Below, in pieces: positions 60,583-64,000 of a DNA stretch of 64,000 nucleotides (positions within the stretch are counted from its first letter, which is position 1; each line of letters opens with the position of its first letter). The DNA lies in assembly GCF_000143415.4 (NCBI RefSeq), contig NW_003314302.1, positions 1,119,820 through 1,183,819 of the forward strand. Reading direction: 5' to 3'. This stretch comes from Selaginella moellendorffii. Its lineage: Eukaryota; Plantae; Lycopodiophyta. Below the pieces are notes generated by a model. That model did not search any database and was not told the DNA's origin. It worked only from the letters and a program-made list of their open reading frames with translations. The translations under genes and the position numbers were made by a program.

Positions 60583-62660
60583 CAAAAAAGAGAACTCACC
60601 TCCTCAATGCTCGTGCTGTGATCGCAGGAGAGCTGGAGAGCTTCCAAAGTTGGCGAGAGAGGCGGTGGCGCCAGGTCCCCAACATCATACGCCGCCTCCA
60701 GTGCCGCAAGCTCTGTCGGGGTCTCCTCGATGATCCTCTCCAGCTCCATCCTCAGCATCGAGTCCCTAGCGCCGATGCGCTCGTGCTCGGCCTCTTTACT
60801 GTCGCTGGAGTGGACCGACTGGCACTTGCTGCCGCTGCGAGAGGGCCTTGTGTCCTGCGCCAGCACCGCGCGGCTGTCGCCAACGTTCATAATATAGACG
60901 TCCTCGTCCTTCATGAGCATGACGAGCAGGCAAGAGCCGACGAGCGCCACCTCCGGGTTGTCCATCACGGACCTCTGCGTCATCTCGAGATACGCGTGCT
61001 CCGTTTCCTCGAGTGCCCGCTCCAGCGCCTTTAAGACGCCCGAGTGATCCACCCGGCCTCTCCTCGACTGGATTGGCGGGCTGTCCACTTCCTCGCAGAC
61101 GCTCGCCTTGGCCAGCCTCTCCGACTCTAGCCTCTCGTGCTCCCAGTCGTACCGCCACTGGAACAGCTTCTTGTAGCTGCTGCTGCTGCTGCCACCCTTG
61201 TGCTTCCTCCTGCATGCCTGCTTGAGTTTTACTCCCAGTATGGACTTAAGCTTGACCTGCTTGCCGTCAACCTCGCCACCACCGCAAGCTCTCGTGCCTT
61301 GCCGATCCTCCGACGACTTCCCGTCCAGCTCCATCACTCCGAGTGAGCTGCAATCGTCCTGGCAATCCATAGGCGAGGGGTAGTTCCTCGACCTCGTCGC
61401 CTGCATGCCGTTTCTCGCCAAACCACCGTTGGCACCAACGTCGATCTCACGTCTCGCTTTCGTAAGTAGCCGCTGCTGCTGCTGTGGACTCTGCGAGCAC
61501 GGACTTTGCGAAAGTTGAAATGCCTCTTTCTGGTCCCACAAGAGACGTTGCAACTCCTTGTATATGGCGGGGTAAAGATTGCTCATGAGGAAATCCGGTG
61601 CGTCTGGGCCATTGAAGCCGTCATAAATCCCCACGAACATCCATCCGTGCTCCTCAGATAGTACTATATGGACTCTATCCTCCCCGGCTTTTCCCTGTGC
61701 CCACTGAAGGTGACTCTCCCTCGCGTCAAACTCCGACGACATGGAGTAAGTGTCCGCAACCGACTCGCTCGCATGCTGCTGGTCGCGATCACCACCTCTT
61801 CTATGCTTCTTCCGGTGTGGAACCAGTGACTTCCTAGTGCGAGCGATGTTGGAAACCGTCTTGGAGAAGGCTCGACGAACCGGCAAGCTTGCATCTTTCA
61901 CGTACTCGCCCAGCGTCTTCTTTCGTCCCCTGTGCGATACGGAAGGATACAAAACCGGCCCGGAGAAATGCCCACCTCCTCCCTGCTCGAGAGGCCCGGA
62001 GAGTTGCCTCTCCAATGGCCCAGACATGAAGCCCGCCTTGTCTCTCTCCAGGGGCCCGGACAGGAACCCCCGCTCCAGAGGACCCGACATGAACGCCCTC
62101 TCCAGCGGGCCGGATAGAAATCCCCTCTCGAGCGGCCCCGAGCAAGAGCCTGACGATCCAGTGATGGGTCCCGAGTGAGCAATTCCCCTGGGTATCGGCT
62201 GGAGTGGCAGCGCTGTAAACGATGGCGTGCTCTCGAACGCCGCGGCCGGGACACTGGAGAAGGCGGTGAAGCTATCGAGCAAAGGGGCCGACCTGGAAGT
62301 GGAGGTGTTGGCGCTGACGGACGCCCCCGAGATGGCCTTGAAAGAGGTCTCGGAGATGGTACACTTGAGCGCGTTCTTGCTGATCCTGGGCATCGCCGGC
62401 GCCTGCTCCTCCGCCTCCACGCTCGACCCAAATGGCTCCGAGTCGGTGTGGATGGACGAGCTCGTCGAGTGGGAGAAGGGATAGTCCCCGGACTGGTGCT
62501 GGGCGGGCGAGCTGGCGGAGGAGTCCAATGTAGGCCTGATGTAGCAGAAGGAGTGGCCGAGGCCTTCATCGAGAGGATGATCCGAGAGCACAATTCCCGC
62601 CCCATCGTGCTCCCGCCTGGGAACGAAGCAGCTCACCACTCTTGAGACGCTGTTTCCCAT
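59888..62660 (-). CDS. POLTERGEIST-like (POL/PLL) protein phosphatase 2C, 4 exons
   Basis: [12 protein letters not shown] acylation motif, [18 protein letters not shown] repeats, [53 protein letters not shown]. Exons 62660-60600, 60507-60394, 60324-60060, 60003-59888. Confidence 0.96.
60542..60580. repeat. (GA)n microsatellite filling much of PLL intron 1
   Basis: Seen directly. Confidence 0.95.
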
Positions 62661-63152
62661 GATCACATCCTCCCTCTGCCTCTTCGGCCCTCGCTCGGCC
62701 TCCGTTTGGATCGCTGCTAGCCTTCACAAACCCTGCCGCTGCCTCTACCGCTGCTGCTGCCGCTAGATCCAATCCCCCCGCGGCTCATGAAAGAAGAAAT
62801 CCCCGGCATCACTCTCTATCTGGAGGAGGGAGGAGAGATCGAGCAGCCGGGGAGAGTAAAAGCCGGATCACTGCGAAATATTACGCGAGCGTTGCGCGAG
62901 AATCTGCGAAATCCCGCGAGAAATCGGCGACGCGCAGAGGACGCATTCCGGGCGCTGCAAACATCTTACCTCGGGAATCACAAAACCCTAGCGCGCCGCG
63001 ACGCATTCCCCCTCCACGCAGCTCCCAGTCAATCTGGCGATTCAGCGCCCGATGCCGCAGCGCCTAGCGCCTAGCTGCGCGCTCCTCTCGAAACCCTAGC
63101 TCTCCTCCATCGCCATAGCTAGCGTAGAACACACACACTATCTATAAAAACT

Positions 63153-63156
<4 letters not shown>

Positions 63157-63184
<28 letters not shown>
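63157..63184. repeat. (CA)n microsatellite upstream of the PLL gene
   Basis: Seen directly. Confidence 0.9.
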
Positions 63185-63185
<1 letters not shown>

Positions 63186-63695
63186 CGCAGCCAAAGCTCT
63201 CTTCTATATCACCATAGCCGAGTTTTTTTGCGTCTTCCTTTATTTTTCTTTTCTTAACTCCACTTGCACTGACGTTTTTGACGGTTTTGATAGTTGACGG
63301 GCTGACGGGCTGACTGGCGCTCTTGCCCGTCAGCCGTCACCTTTCCGACAAGCGCATTTCCCGGCGCCAGAGATTCGTTTCTTACAAATGACGGTCAAAG
63401 GTAATTTCTGGACGGACGTTATGCTGCTTAGCTTAATGGAATGGCCGCATTAGCGTTAATCGATCCTCTTTAATTCGGTTTTCAGCTTTCACGCGCCGCT
63501 TGGAATTCGTAAATCTCTCCCAACATTTTTTAGTGGCCTTCTCGTTGAGCGAACCTTTTGGAAAATTTTAATCGCGTCGATCTCCGTGAAGATTCATGCT
63601 ATAAGATCAAGAGAACAGCGAGGCGAGATCACGATACAAAAGCAGAAGTAAAAAAAAAGAAACTCACTTGCGATCACGAACAATTCTCTGGAAGC

Positions 63696-63941
63696 TTACG
63701 CACCTCTTCCTCCAAGCCAATCCTTTGACTTCGAACGATCAATCAGCCTGGCATAAACAATCGATTTTTCAGCTTGAGACTTCAACCGAAGTTTGGTGGT
63801 GCTCTTACGGCTATGCTCCATTTCTTTGACTTGATTCATTCTCGCAATTAATACGCCCATCCATGACGGATAAAGCTGCGTGTCCTGTGCCTCTGACTTT
63901 CGTTTGGAGAAAAGGAGCTTCGGCCAACCTGCACAGAGGAC
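63696..63941 (-). CDS. Possible terminal exon of a gene entering from the right edge, unknown product
   Basis: Acceptor-like ttctcag followed by an open frame to a stop at 63696; no family recognised. Confidence 0.35.
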   Translation of the reverse strand, partial: VLCAGWPKLLFSKRKSEAQDTQLYPSWMGVLIARMNQVKEMEHSRKSTTKLRLKSQAEKSIVYARLIDRSKSKDWLGGRGA

Positions 63942-64000
63942 CTGAGAACCGGGAGCAAAATCTCCAAACACATCGAAATTCAAAGATACATGCCTGCTTT

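Noticed and set aside
62787-63074. 95-aa plus-strand ORF
   Set aside because: Lies in the GC-rich 5' leader of the minus-strand PP2C gene; no domain features.

Overview
Eukaryotic land-plant nuclear DNA. It is most consistent with a compact lycophyte genome such as Selaginella; this is inferred from 50-90 nt introns, tightly packed genes and PLS-class PPR genes with runs of short 31-aa motifs. Gene islands: (1) 1-2.1 kb, a truncated PPR gene and TAF7, which has a U12-type AT-AC intron; (2) 18.4-23.3 kb, a PPR-E gene, an HVA22-like gene and a 3-methyladenine glycosylase; (3) 44.6-64 kb, an SRPBCC/LFS-like gene, a MIKC MADS-box gene, a divergent calmodulin, two tandem GASA/snakin copies, an EDR2-like PH-START-DUF1336 gene and a POLTERGEIST-like PP2C. 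Two transposon graveyards separate the islands. The 3.4-18.1 kb block holds a decayed Helitron, Ty3/gypsy remnants, a 100-N assembly gap and a non-autonomous LTR element whose LTR carries a GAGTCC-derived satellite. The 23.9-43.6 kb block holds two copies of one gypsy family with a tRNA-Ala-like PBS (one heavily C-to-T decayed), Copia-like remnants, a foldback MITE and three 5S-rRNA-bearing Cassandra-type solo LTRs. Most notable: the 194-bp 5S-core LTRs with target-site duplications, the AT-AC intron, the satellite-bearing LTR element, the rearranged GASA duplicate and the altered EF-hands in calmodulin. No CRISPR, true rRNA or tRNA gene is supported.
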